IMG/VR virus record: IMGVR_UViG_3300015214_000001
Location: 96,001 to 160,000 of that record
DNA length: 64,000 bases
Source: a virus
Lineage: Duplodnaviria > Caudoviricetes
Strand: one strand, 5' to 3'
Of this stretch, positions 18,789-28,756 are shown piece after piece. Positions within the stretch are counted from its first letter, which is position 1; every line of letters starts with the position of its first letter. The notes under the pieces were generated by a model. It saw only the letters and a list, made by a program, of their open reading frames with translations. It made no database searches and was not told the origin of the DNA. The position numbers were made by a program, and so were the translations under genes.

Positions 18789-20466
18789 GCTACTGTTCTC
18801 CTCTAGGCTTTTTAATCATAGCTTCTTGGTATGAAATTCTTAAACTATCATCATTCCATATTAAACTGTTTATTGATTTTAACATAGTTTCTTGTTTAGA
18901 ATCGAGAACCACTTCGCCAATTGCCCATCTCTGACCTATATTTAGTTCTGTATAAGGTCTTGTGTAATGAACATTATAATTCGCAGTAGACCAATCAACT
19001 TGCGTAATATCTACGCCTTTACCGATCCAGTTAAACTCAGTAGGAAGGGCTGACCGTTTATCTTGTATCCCACTAACCATACTATGGACTGAACCTTGAT
19101 TGTCATGCCTAACTAACTGGGGAAGGGTATGCCAGCATGTTTTATCATGTTTCTTTAGATACATATCTAACCTTAAATCGTCATGAAAATACTCAGGCCT
19201 AACATGCCGATTATTCCACTCCACAAAATGCTTTATCTGGCTAACAGGCTGCAATAATGCACAAGCATTATGTACAGCACTAATAACAAGCCAATGTTTA
19301 TTTTTACGAACAACATCGTTCATAACTGGAAAATTATCACAGAAAGATACAGTTGCATCTGATGGTAAGCTGCCGATAACTGATGGGAGATGCTTTACAA
19401 AATTGTCACATAGCAATGCGTCATCTTGCAAGACTAAGTGATATTGTGCGCTAATATCAAAAGATAACCAAGCGCGAGATGCTGTTTCCCATATCCCATC
19501 GCAGTTTCTATCTACAACAATACTTACTTGCCCTATATCAATCTGCGAGGATAGATCATCAATTAAGGCAAGTAAGCGGCTGTGCCGACTAGGGTGCGTC
19601 ATAACTGCTATAGAGAATAACATATATCTTATGGCGTACCTGGATTATAAACAGTGTCATCGCTATACCACATAATACTTGTTCTATAACCACTTATTTC
19701 GATGGTTTGGCTGCTTGAATAGTTGCTCAGTGAAAAATAAATAATTTCATTCGGGTCTCCACCAATAAATGGGACGCTGACAGATATGGGATATAGCTTT
19801 TGCTTTAAGGGTGATCCAGAGTAGCTATAATCACGCAACTCAAACACAGGCACTTCATTACTAAATGTAACAGGAGAAGGGGTATTCTGTGTATGAACAT
19901 TTAACGTTATATCATATATAGATTCATCCTCAGTCAAATCTATGAATAATAATATACTCAACACACCAGAGCGCATAGCTCGCTGATTATTGCTGCTTGA
20001 TTTAACCGATGTCAAAAACGCAGTAGATGATGCGCCGCTATTTAAAGGCTGTATGTTTGATCCATATGGAGAGCATGAATAAGAGCCATTGTTAGTATCT
20101 ATTGGTAAGAATACTCGCCACAGCGGGTTCATGCTATCTTCCATAGAAGGAACTATAATTGGCGAACCGCTATATATATAATTAGCAGATAATGTCCAGT
20201 AGTGCGGCATCCACACGCCACCACCTTGACTGCCATAGAACATCAACATTTTTCCAGAATAACTGTTACTTGTATTTGTTGTGTCAGTTAGTTCAGACAA
20301 GCTGGTCTGAAGGTAGAGGTTTCCAGATTTCCACTTTTCATCTGCTTCATCATATATCAACACCTGTCCATTATATGGTTCGGTTATTTCAACATCGGTT
20401 AAATCGGCTAAAGAGGAAGCGCCGCCACTACCCCCCCGTAAGGGAAATTACTGAGCCATCATCGAA
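18593..20466. repeat. about 82-bp near-identical direct repeat (18593-18674, 20386-20466) containing the poly-G tract
   Basis: Differ only by tract length and 2 substitutions. Confidence 0.9.
18790..19623 (-). CDS. GT-A fold glycosyltransferase, paralog 1
   Basis: HLVLQDDA, HDD, PQLVRH. Confidence 0.75.
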   Translation of the reverse strand: MLFSIAVMTHPSRHSRLLALIDDLSSQIDIGQVSIVVDRNCDGIWETASRAWLSFDISAQYHLVLQDDALLCDNFVKHLPSVIGSLPSDATVSFCDNFPVMNDVVRKNKHWLVISAVHNACALLQPVSQIKHFVEWNNRHVRPEYFHDDLRLDMYLKKHDKTCWHTLPQLVRHDNQGSVHSMVSGIQDKRSALPTEFNWIGKGVDITQVDWSTANYNVHYTRPYTELNIGQRWAIGEVVLDSKQETMLKSINSLIWNDDSLRISYQEAMIKKPRGEQ

Positions 20467-20580
20467 TATAGCATTAACGGTTTTATTGTTTCTGATATAA
20501 AGGCGGGCCTGCCCACTATCTGGGGTTGATGGGGCAGAACCAATGGTAGGGTATTCTGTATAATCGTTTGTCAATCGCAT
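19629..20580 (-). CDS. fibre/receptor-binding paralog B, frameshifted at G7 (20431-20437)
   Basis: MRLTNDYTEYP..GQARLYIRNNKTVNAIFDDGSVISLTGG*, continuing in another frame SGGASSLADLTDVEITEPYNGQV into ORF 19629-20363. Confidence 0.75.
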
Positions 20581-20659
20581 ATGTATTCTCTCTAAGTTAG
20601 TATATAGAACCAATATGCTAATTATAACATATCTATATTATATAACTTCATCGAGAAGT

Positions 20660-21589
20660 CTAAAAATAATCATTTCTACCTAAATACCAGTCTATATGAA
20701 CGCGGTATTTATTAATTTTCATTTGTGCGCCATTGAAATTACTAAATGAAAAGTACGCGATTGTATTATTACTATTAATTGCAAATGGAATTGTAGCATT
20801 AATAGGTATTATTGTTGGACTATGGGCGGGATTTCCACCTGCATTATAAGGAAAGCCTCCATGCACTCGTTGAGCATTGCTAAATGTGACAACGCCACCA
20901 TCACTGCTATCTTGTAGATGAAAATCTACACTAAACATCGGATTATTATTGCTGTCACTATCCACTTCCATGCTTAATGTAGCTATGCCGTAGCTCATTA
21001 TATTATCGCCACCCCTGACTGGCGAACACCAAAAAGCCATATTATTACCATCAATAAATTCATCATCGCCATCTGATGGCGAGTTAGTATAATAAAAATC
21101 ATTTGATGATAAATTGGTGTCAATTTGCAACTGAACGCGCCAATCTGTTTCCATGCTATCATAACTCGGGATTGATAGTGGGCTGCCCATATAGATATAT
21201 GATCCAAACAGAGACATCCTTTTCAATACATAAGCGCTTTCATTATCGCTGTAAATTAACGCTGAACCATGTGGTCTAGGAAACGACACTACATCATTTA
21301 AATCATCAATTCTTCGCGGAGTAGTTTGTGCTATCCATGTAGAATTGTTGTCATCATAAGTTAATACATCGTTTGTTGCAGGTGAAGATATGTTGACATC
21401 AGTCAAATCTGATAGTGCCGTTGCGCCACCACTCCCGCCACCAGATAAAACTATATTTGAACCATCATCAAATATAGCATTAACTGTTTTATTGTTTCTG
21501 ATATAAAGGCGTGCTTGTCCAGCATCTGGGGTTGATGGGGCAGAATCAATCGTAGGCAATTCAATTAGTTCATTTGTAAATTTAGCCAT
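20660..21589 (-). CDS. fibre/receptor-binding paralog A (intact)
   Basis: Same N-terminal module, LSDLTDV..DVLTY..W fibre repeats, beta-rich C-terminal domain; paralog of 32675-33622 in the tail cluster. Confidence 0.75.
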   Translation of the reverse strand: MAKFTNELIELPTIDSAPSTPDAGQARLYIRNNKTVNAIFDDGSNIVLSGGGSGGATALSDLTDVNISSPATNDVLTYDDNNSTWIAQTTPRRIDDLNDVVSFPRPHGSALIYSDNESAYVLKRMSLFGSYIYMGSPLSIPSYDSMETDWRVQLQIDTNLSSNDFYYTNSPSDGDDEFIDGNNMAFWCSPVRGGDNIMSYGIATLSMEVDSDSNNNPMFSVDFHLQDSSDGGVVTFSNAQRVHGGFPYNAGGNPAHSPTIIPINATIPFAINSNNTIAYFSFSNFNGAQMKINKYRVHIDWYLGRNDYF

Positions 21590-21667
21590 TCCTATAATAG
21601 CTCCATATTATCTTTTTAACGATATATGAAGCTATTATACCATCTATATTTATAAATAGTTTACAAG

Positions 21668-23233
21668 TTAGAAGCTATCCCAACTGGCTTTAAACGCATT
21701 TGAAACCATTGTACGCTCTTTATTATCGTCTCCGATAATTTTTATGCCTTCTTCTTCTGTATATGATGAACGCTTCATATAACCAGTAACGGCATCAATA
21801 TAAGCAGAAAACCCGCCATCTTTTGTTCTGAACAAATATTTAGGGATGTTGGCTTCTAAAATTTGCTTTTCATATTGTTCTGCAAGCACAGTATCAACGC
21901 TGATTGCAGGCATCTTTCCTTGATCTTTTAATTCATGGATAACGTCCAACCACCAATCATGATTTTTAGGCTCTACTTCATCTCCGCGACCAGTGTATTT
22001 ATATCCAAGCAGAGTAACCTTTAAATCACTTTCTTCTGCTTGGGTAAGTAACTCTGCAAATTCTTCACGAGTATGCAACCCCATAACGACATGAATGTTA
22101 ACAAATTGAGATGCTCTCCATCCCGCTGGTTTGATTTTTTCTTCCACTAGCTTAATGGCTTGTGGGGTATCGGCGCTATAAGCAAATGATCCGATTAAAT
22201 CAAGAATTGTTTCTCTTTTCTTGCTATCCTCTAACCACTTCAAATTGCGTGTGGTGAAGTTAGGAATAATCCCCTTACTACGAATGTATTTCAAGATCGG
22301 TATAAAACTAGGGTGGAGTGTCGGCTCACCACCTCCAATGGCAATCTCAAATACCTGATGTTCTGCCATCGCATCAACCAAACTATAAATATCACTTGCT
22401 AATGCGTGACTGCCTTTGCGAGTTGATCCCATGTAACAAAATGGGCAATCATATGGACAATAGTCAGTGATCTTCATATCAACCAGTTCAGGCGCAAATG
22501 CTTTATCTGGAACTAGAGCAGGGTAGTTATTACTATCATATTCTCTAGTGAAATGGTGCAGCAAGCTATCATCATCTTGGAATGAAAAGCTAATCTTTGA
22601 ACCATTGTAAGGGTTAAACAGCGTCCAGTAATTACTGACCTCATCATACCGAGCTATTACGCCATGTGATGGCTCTGATACTGGCATTCGGATATTAGGC
22701 TTACCATTTGTAACATAATCCATATCTCCACCATTATCGTTTCCGCCGATAATATGAACATCAGGACGTAGAACAAGATTTGTTAGCTCTTTGAAAAACT
22801 GCTCATGATAATGTGACGACTTAGACCCAATAGCTTTAGGTAAACTCACCACAGATTGATGGTCAATGTAAGCATCAATCTCGCCATGCTTGTCTCTATC
22901 CAACAACAAATTGAAGGTCTTTTTCATGATTTTATCTTGTTGCTTTTCTGGCAGATGCCTAATAGCTTGATACAAAATAATAGCAAGGTAGTGTTTCTTT
23001 TCTCTGCTATTATCTAAGATAAATTCATCCCAACCAAATTCACCTTCTACGCACTCACCATTCACAATGTCACGATCATATTCAGCGTGTGATCCATTGA
23101 AAATGAGACTATGGCTTGATGAGCTATTGGTCGCAAATCCTGACTGCCTGATATTGTGTATCAAGATATGTATATTTTCATTGACAACTTGTTTTGAAAT
23201 TTCTTGTTCGATGCTCACTCTGAAATGCTCCAT
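21668..23233 (-). CDS. radical SAM protein with N-terminal GFATNSSS domain
   Basis: CPYDCPFC, GGGEPTLH, NFTT. Confidence 0.9.
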   Translation of the reverse strand: MEHFRVSIEQEISKQVVNENIHILIHNIRQSGFATNSSSSHSLIFNGSHAEYDRDIVNGECVEGEFGWDEFILDNSREKKHYLAIILYQAIRHLPEKQQDKIMKKTFNLLLDRDKHGEIDAYIDHQSVVSLPKAIGSKSSHYHEQFFKELTNLVLRPDVHIIGGNDNGGDMDYVTNGKPNIRMPVSEPSHGVIARYDEVSNYWTLFNPYNGSKISFSFQDDDSLLHHFTREYDSNNYPALVPDKAFAPELVDMKITDYCPYDCPFCYMGSTRKGSHALASDIYSLVDAMAEHQVFEIAIGGGEPTLHPSFIPILKYIRSKGIIPNFTTRNLKWLEDSKKRETILDLIGSFAYSADTPQAIKLVEEKIKPAGWRASQFVNIHVVMGLHTREEFAELLTQAEESDLKVTLLGYKYTGRGDEVEPKNHDWWLDVIHELKDQGKMPAISVDTVLAEQYEKQILEANIPKYLFRTKDGGFSAYIDAVTGYMKRSSYTEEEGIKIIGDDNKERTMVSNAFKASWDSF

Positions 23234-23324
23234 TATTTTCGGATGATTAATTATAGCAAGAACAACTATTTAAAGATAGGTTAAATACGCTATAATAAGT
23301 TAAATCACTTCAACAGGAGATATT

Positions 23325-23843
23325 ATGTTTACTAATAAAACGCTAAAATATATAGGCTCAACATTGAGAACTAAAAACTACTCATCTTATACCCCTATCG
23401 GGGTTGCTGTTAAAGAGGCGGATCGGTTATACGCAGATTTAAAGTCTCGAACAGAACGGTTAATAAAAAAGCTCACATCAGACCTTTCATTAATAGAAGA
23501 TCATTATGATATGAATGAGTTATACAAAATGTATGGGGACTTAGATCGCACATTAAATCGCATTCGATATGTCGAATCGCCATTAACGATGTTTAACCCT
23601 ACTCGGCAATTTACACGTCTTTATGATGACCTAATTCAAGCTGTTGATTTGTATCAAGGAAACCCCAAACAGCGTGCTGAAAGTGTCCATGTCATGTTAC
23701 TGCGAGCAGCCGATCAGAACAGACCTGAGTTATTACTAGATACAGCATTGAAGCATAGCAACAATTCGCCCGTCAATATTGCACGCGAAATTAGTAAACG
23801 CTTGAAAGATTATGAAAAACAATATCAGCGGGAATACTTATAG
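23325..23843 (+). CDS. helical protein, leader-motif paralog 1
   Basis: AGGAG SD; starts MFTNKTLKYIG. Confidence 0.75.
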   Translation: MFTNKTLKYIGSTLRTKNYSSYTPIGVAVKEADRLYADLKSRTERLIKKLTSDLSLIEDHYDMNELYKMYGDLDRTLNRIRYVESPLTMFNPTRQFTRLYDDLIQAVDLYQGNPKQRAESVHVMLLRAADQNRPELLLDTALKHSNNSPVNIAREISKRLKDYEKQYQREYL

Positions 23844-24139
23844 CTATAGATAAACAGGGCAGGGTAAAGTTATCTGTGTGGTTTAGCGAAATCGCACTTA
23901 TTATTGTTTATAGCTTTTACCCTTATGGTTTGTTGATGATGAAACCCCGCATGAGAAGAAATGGCGATTTCAAATATAGCGAATTAAACCCCTATTTTGT
24001 AGTTACTTGGTATACTGCCAATTATACCAAGTAACTTTTATATGTAATATTGGAGCAGGGCAAGCAAAAATAAAAATAATCTCTTGAGTAACTGATATAA
24101 TTCATAATGATTGGCGGTCTCATATTATCGGAGATTAGA

Positions 24140-24653
24140 ATGAGAATTACTAAACGAACAATGAAGTTAATAGGACGAAATGGAGATGGCAGTAAAAGCT
24201 ACTTTAAAGCGGTTGATATAACGCGGTTAATTGGAGAGATGGAACGCAACGTATCTACACAACGACAAGATATGAGAATCCTTGCATCCATTATATGGAA
24301 TACGCCTGAATACGCATATAATGGGAAGGCACGCATTCACATCAATGATGCGCTTAGTAGTATTAATGACATCTTGCAAAAAGTAAAAAAACTTACCCAC
24401 CCCAACGCATGGGCAAATTCTACGCAATCGACTAGACACACATCATAAAGTGTTATTGAGCCTGATTAGTCAATTCGATAGAACGCTGGTGCGTCAAGTT
24501 GATACAACAAGCAATGCAGTTATCAAAGCCCTAGATAGCAATAGTCGAACGGCCTTAAATGCAATATTATTAGAGAATAAATTAATGAGTCCTTACCAAA
24601 TAGCTTTCCATTGGTTAAGAGAATTAAAAGATTACGAACGCGAGACAAAATAG
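24140..24653 (+). pseudogene. leader-motif paralog 2, split by a frameshift at A7 (24385-24391)
   Basis: Starts MRITKRTMKLIG; removing one A joins the two ORFs (QKVKNLPTP...SPYQIAFHWLRELKDYE), matching paralogs 1 and 3. Confidence 0.65.
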
Positions 24654-24685
24654 TTTAAAATTATAAACAAGAGGTTTTTATAATT

Positions 24686-26239
24686 ATGAAAATCACAAGA
24701 AAAACACTTAAGTATGTTGGTAAAGCGTCTTTGTTGGCAAAAGAAGCAGCGCAGAACTGGGATAGGCTGGCCAACAATATTTTGTCGCAATCCGAGAACA
24801 TAGAGCGCAAGATAAACTCTGATCCAGCGTATCAACAGTCACGTCAGTTGGCTGGCGACATCCAAGCATTATATAGACCGTTGGTGCAAGAATTGAATAA
24901 GCTATCCAATCTTGAAAGACCACCCGTTATCAAAAAGCGTGGCTTTTCCCCGCGTGGTGGATCATTTATGGATATTCAACAACAATATAATTTCCTGCAA
25001 AGTTGGTCTTTAAAAATAGCTAGTCGGCTAAGTGGTTATGAAAAATCACTTATAACAAAATTGTCAAATCCATCTATTAGCCAGAGAGACATAGAAACTG
25101 TACTATATCAAGAAGGATCACCCTATTTCATAGCAACTCAATTTTTGCACCACTTAGAACACTACTGGAAACTGATAAAGAATGAAATGCACCTGTTACA
25201 AAATAGATCATCTCGTTCTATCAATAGCATAAAGAACCGACAAGGGTTTGATGATACCTTAAATGCCTTGTATAAAGTACAACAAAAAGGTGATGCGCTG
25301 GTTAATAGTATTAGACGAAAAGCAAATCCCGCATATATGCACTCTAGTGATTTTAAGCGAGATATGCAAGCATATATGAATATTTACAAGGAAGGTTTAC
25401 GTGCGATAGATAGTATGGTGCGTCATAAAACAGGTGATGATCGCATTGACCAAGCAGTGGCGCGATATTTCAATAATTTCAGCATAAATGAAATCACTCG
25501 ATACAGGGATGCTTGGTTACGCGATGCTAATTCTATTGATCCTGATGCTAAAGACAAAGATACCTGGAATATGATTGATAGAATTGTTAGAAACATGGAC
25601 AATCAAATAACATTTGATGCGGCGATACAAGAGATCATTGACTTAAGTAGTCATGTTCGTAATCGTCAACGGCGGGACTACTATCGTTCTCTTTCAAATG
25701 TTAAAAGAGGTCGCTATAGAAAGCGTAATGATAAGCGGATTAATGACCTAAAGGTCATGGTTAGTAACTTCAAGAAAACGCTAAATGATGTTACACGCAG
25801 AGTAAATAACATCAACACTAATGCTCAACGAGATAAATCATACTTGGCAGGCGAAAATCTTAGGCGAGATATATTTGATACGATAGGCGTTGCTCATGGT
25901 GGGTTGAATAACATACTGAATAACTCGAAGTTATATCACTTAGATGACAATAGCTATGGTAGAGATCACGTTGCACTAGATATTGACGACGCTATACGCT
26001 TTTACATGGAAGATACATCTAAGGGTAATGTAGATAGATTTATAGCTAAGACGCGAAATTCACACGATTCTGGGAAATTATCTATGCGTGATTTTAGCAA
26101 TGAACTATATGAATTGCTTTTTGATAGAATAGAATACATATATACAGCATTGCTTAGGTCTGAACAAGAAGTTAGAAATGAGGAAGCGGAAGCGCAAAAT
26201 TTATATGATAGGATGCACGGAAAAACTTCTGGAAGATGA
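24686..26239 (+). CDS. leader-motif paralog 3, about three tandem helical domains
   Basis: Starts MKITRKTLKYVG; first domain resembles paralog 1; repeated DPAY/NPAY/DKSY segments. Confidence 0.75.
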   Translation: MKITRKTLKYVGKASLLAKEAAQNWDRLANNILSQSENIERKINSDPAYQQSRQLAGDIQALYRPLVQELNKLSNLERPPVIKKRGFSPRGGSFMDIQQQYNFLQSWSLKIASRLSGYEKSLITKLSNPSISQRDIETVLYQEGSPYFIATQFLHHLEHYWKLIKNEMHLLQNRSSRSINSIKNRQGFDDTLNALYKVQQKGDALVNSIRRKANPAYMHSSDFKRDMQAYMNIYKEGLRAIDSMVRHKTGDDRIDQAVARYFNNFSINEITRYRDAWLRDANSIDPDAKDKDTWNMIDRIVRNMDNQITFDAAIQEIIDLSSHVRNRQRRDYYRSLSNVKRGRYRKRNDKRINDLKVMVSNFKKTLNDVTRRVNNINTNAQRDKSYLAGENLRRDIFDTIGVAHGGLNNILNNSKLYHLDDNSYGRDHVALDIDDAIRFYMEDTSKGNVDRFIAKTRNSHDSGKLSMRDFSNELYELLFDRIEYIYTALLRSEQEVRNEEAEAQNLYDRMHGKTSGR

Positions 26240-26323
26240 TTTAATATACATCGTTTTTCATAGTTGACATAGCATCATATGACATGCTAAACTGCATGGT
26301 AAATAATAAGAAAGGTATTTACC

Positions 26324-26632
26324 ATGCAGAATTGTGTTAAAGTAATGAAATTGTCAGCAGGCACAACACGGCGAATTAGCGCATCAATCCACAACGATCA
26401 AGGTAATTGGTCTATTGTTTTCTCAAAGCTGACAACAGCTACAAATGGATCAGTCACCCATAATGTAACGCATCCACTGCCCCACCCGACTGGTGAAGGG
26501 CATTACCGTTTGTTAGGATGGGATGGACACATCCTCAAAGTAACTGAACATACATCTGATGGGAATGTATGTAATGAGATTTCAATGTCTCCTCAATTCA
26601 GCGAAGGAGATAAGCATGTCGAAATCAAATAA
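26324..26632 (+). CDS. hypothetical protein
   Basis: TTGACA promoter and SD upstream. Confidence 0.6.
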   Translation: MQNCVKVMKLSAGTTRRISASIHNDQGNWSIVFSKLTTATNGSVTHNVTHPLPHPTGEGHYRLLGWDGHILKVTEHTSDGNVCNEISMSPQFSEGDKHVEIK

Positions 26633-27227
26633 ACCAGCGTCAACCATCGGAAACTCTCAAGATTTTATCGACAGCTTATTCGCGCAAGTGGATAAATCAA
26701 ATTCATCTATTAAGGGTGAACAAGCCGCGAAACGCAAAAAGAAACATACATATAGCGTTGAAGGCTTCCCTGTGCAAAAAGAACAAAATAAACGGCGCTC
26801 ACGGGAAATGTTAAATCAAGATTTGAACAACCTGCTTGATAGTGCTGTAACGTTCCCATGGGTGTGGCATGAGGTAACTCCACCTGAAGGGTATGTTGTA
26901 GGCATTGTGACTAAATTTCAGGCAGTGGCCGAGAACCACACTAAGCTGGTTCTTCAAAATAAATATAAGGAAGAATATGATATTGTGTCTGATTGGGATA
27001 AACTTCCGCGCCGAATTAGCATTGTGGAAACAATCACCTTCATTCCGTACCATAAAGCTCTAAACACACTGGAACTGATTGAGACAACAACCGTCATTGC
27101 GAAGCAACTTCGCAAAAGTTTTTCTTCTTTGCTTAAAGATGAGACAGGAAAAACTCAAACTTTCTCATCACAAGCTGAGGCTCGCCAAGCTGTAGAAACA
27201 GCCCTACGCACTTATTATCGCATTTAA
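26616..27227 (+). CDS. hypothetical protein
   Basis: AAGGAG SD before ATG 26616, in frame with ORF 26559-27227. Confidence 0.65.
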   Translation: MSKSNKPASTIGNSQDFIDSLFAQVDKSNSSIKGEQAAKRKKKHTYSVEGFPVQKEQNKRRSREMLNQDLNNLLDSAVTFPWVWHEVTPPEGYVVGIVTKFQAVAENHTKLVLQNKYKEEYDIVSDWDKLPRRISIVETITFIPYHKALNTLELIETTTVIAKQLRKSFSSLLKDETGKTQTFSSQAEARQAVETALRTYYRI

Positions 27228-27303
27228 CCACGTTGAAGCACGCTGTTTATCTCTTGTATTGAAGATCAATAGCGTGCTTTATTGTATATTCAGGAGCTTT
27301 ACG

Positions 27304-28747
27304 TTGACAAATAACCCTCAATATGAAGATTTTCTGCGTTCTAAGAAACGTTATACAATAGCAAGAGGCTTTGAGGTTGATCCAGCACGACTAAACCCGA
27401 TGTTAAAACCATTCCAGCGAGACATTGTTCAATGGGCTTTATTGTTGGGGAAATCGGCTATTTTTGCTGCGGTTGGTCTTGGTAAAACATTTATGCAACT
27501 TGATTGGTCACACCGCGTAGCAAGTCAATTCGGGGGGGGGTGTTTTAATACTAGCACCTCTAGGTGTAGCGCATCAGACGACAGAAGAAGGTAAGAAGTT
27601 TGGGTATCATATACCTTATGTCCAAGATCAAGATGAGTATGATAGGTGTGGTAGCTTAGTTGCTATTACGAATTATGATCGAGTTGATAACTTTTTGCCT
27701 CATAAGTTTATCGGTGTTGTGCTAGACGAATCCTCAATTCTTAAGAATTACTCAGGATCAACCAAGAACAAAATCATTGATATGTTTAAAGACTTACCTT
27801 ACAAGTTATGTTGCTCTGCCACCCCTGCACCAAATGACCACGTAGAATTAGGAAACCACGCTGAATTTTTAGATATTATGAGTAGTCAGAGCATGTTGGC
27901 TACATATTTCATCAATGACCGCAGTAAAACAGGTGTGTATCGGCTCAAAAACCACGCTAGAGATGCCTTTTGGGAATGGTTGACATCGTGGGCTGTTTGT
28001 ATTCGCAAGCCATCTGACTTAGGAGAAGGTTATAGCGATGAAGGTTACATATTGCCTGAATTGCGTTATGTAGATCACCATATCGGCTTTAATGATATGA
28101 CCATTCAGGAAGCATGGGCAGAAGGAAAATTACTTCCTGATACAGCTCCTAGTAGCTCAGAACTGGGACGAGTTAAGCGAAAAACAATTCAAGAGCGCGT
28201 GGATGTAACAAAGAGCATTGTTGAATCTTATGGCAATAAGCAGTCGATTATCATTTGGTGCTTATTGAATGACGAACAGGACGCACTAGAAAAAGCCCTA
28301 CCCCACGCCATATCGGTTCGTGGCAGTGATAAGCCACAAGAGAAGATTAGGAAGTTGCGCGAATTTAAGGATGGCAACTGTCCAATCATATCTAAGACAT
28401 CTATTGTTGGCGCAGGCATGAATTGGCAACACGCACCAATAACAATTTTTGTGAGTAGCAATTATAGTTTTGAAAGCCAACATCAGGCTATTGGTAGAAA
28501 TTACCGATATGGGCAAACCGAGAATGTAGATGTTCATATCATTTATTCAGAAGCAGAAGGTAATGTATTCACTGCATTAGCTCAAAAGCAAGAGCAATTT
28601 AATGCAATGCAAGAAGAAATGACAACAGCAATGCGTCGATATGGTTTGTTTAGAAGTTCTAAGACAGCACCTATTTATAATCCGCTTGGCGATCAAGAAA
28701 TGATAATTCCCTCTTGGTTGACATCACATATTGAATTTGCAGAATAA
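27304..28747 (+). CDS. SF2 (SNF2-like) helicase, frameshifted at G9 (27532-27540)
   Basis: Walker A GLGKT before the tract; VLILAP, DESS, SATP, GMNWQ, QAIGRNYRYGQ after it in another frame; G8 restores one ORF. Confidence 0.85.
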
Positions 28748-28756
28748 GGAGATTGC

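Noticed and set aside
20428-20430. Stop-codon reassignment or readthrough to explain split genes
   Set aside because: The breaks are frame changes at homopolymers, and TAA, TAG and TGA all end intact genes
16939-21589. Diversity-generating retroelement or invertible shufflon acting on the fibre array
   Set aside because: No reverse transcriptase in the window, no adenine-specific TR/VR pair, and all cassettes are co-oriented without inverted crossover sites
23930-23950. Hammerhead ribozyme suggested by TGATGA..GAAA
   Set aside because: Core CUGANGA is not matched and there is no room for stem II
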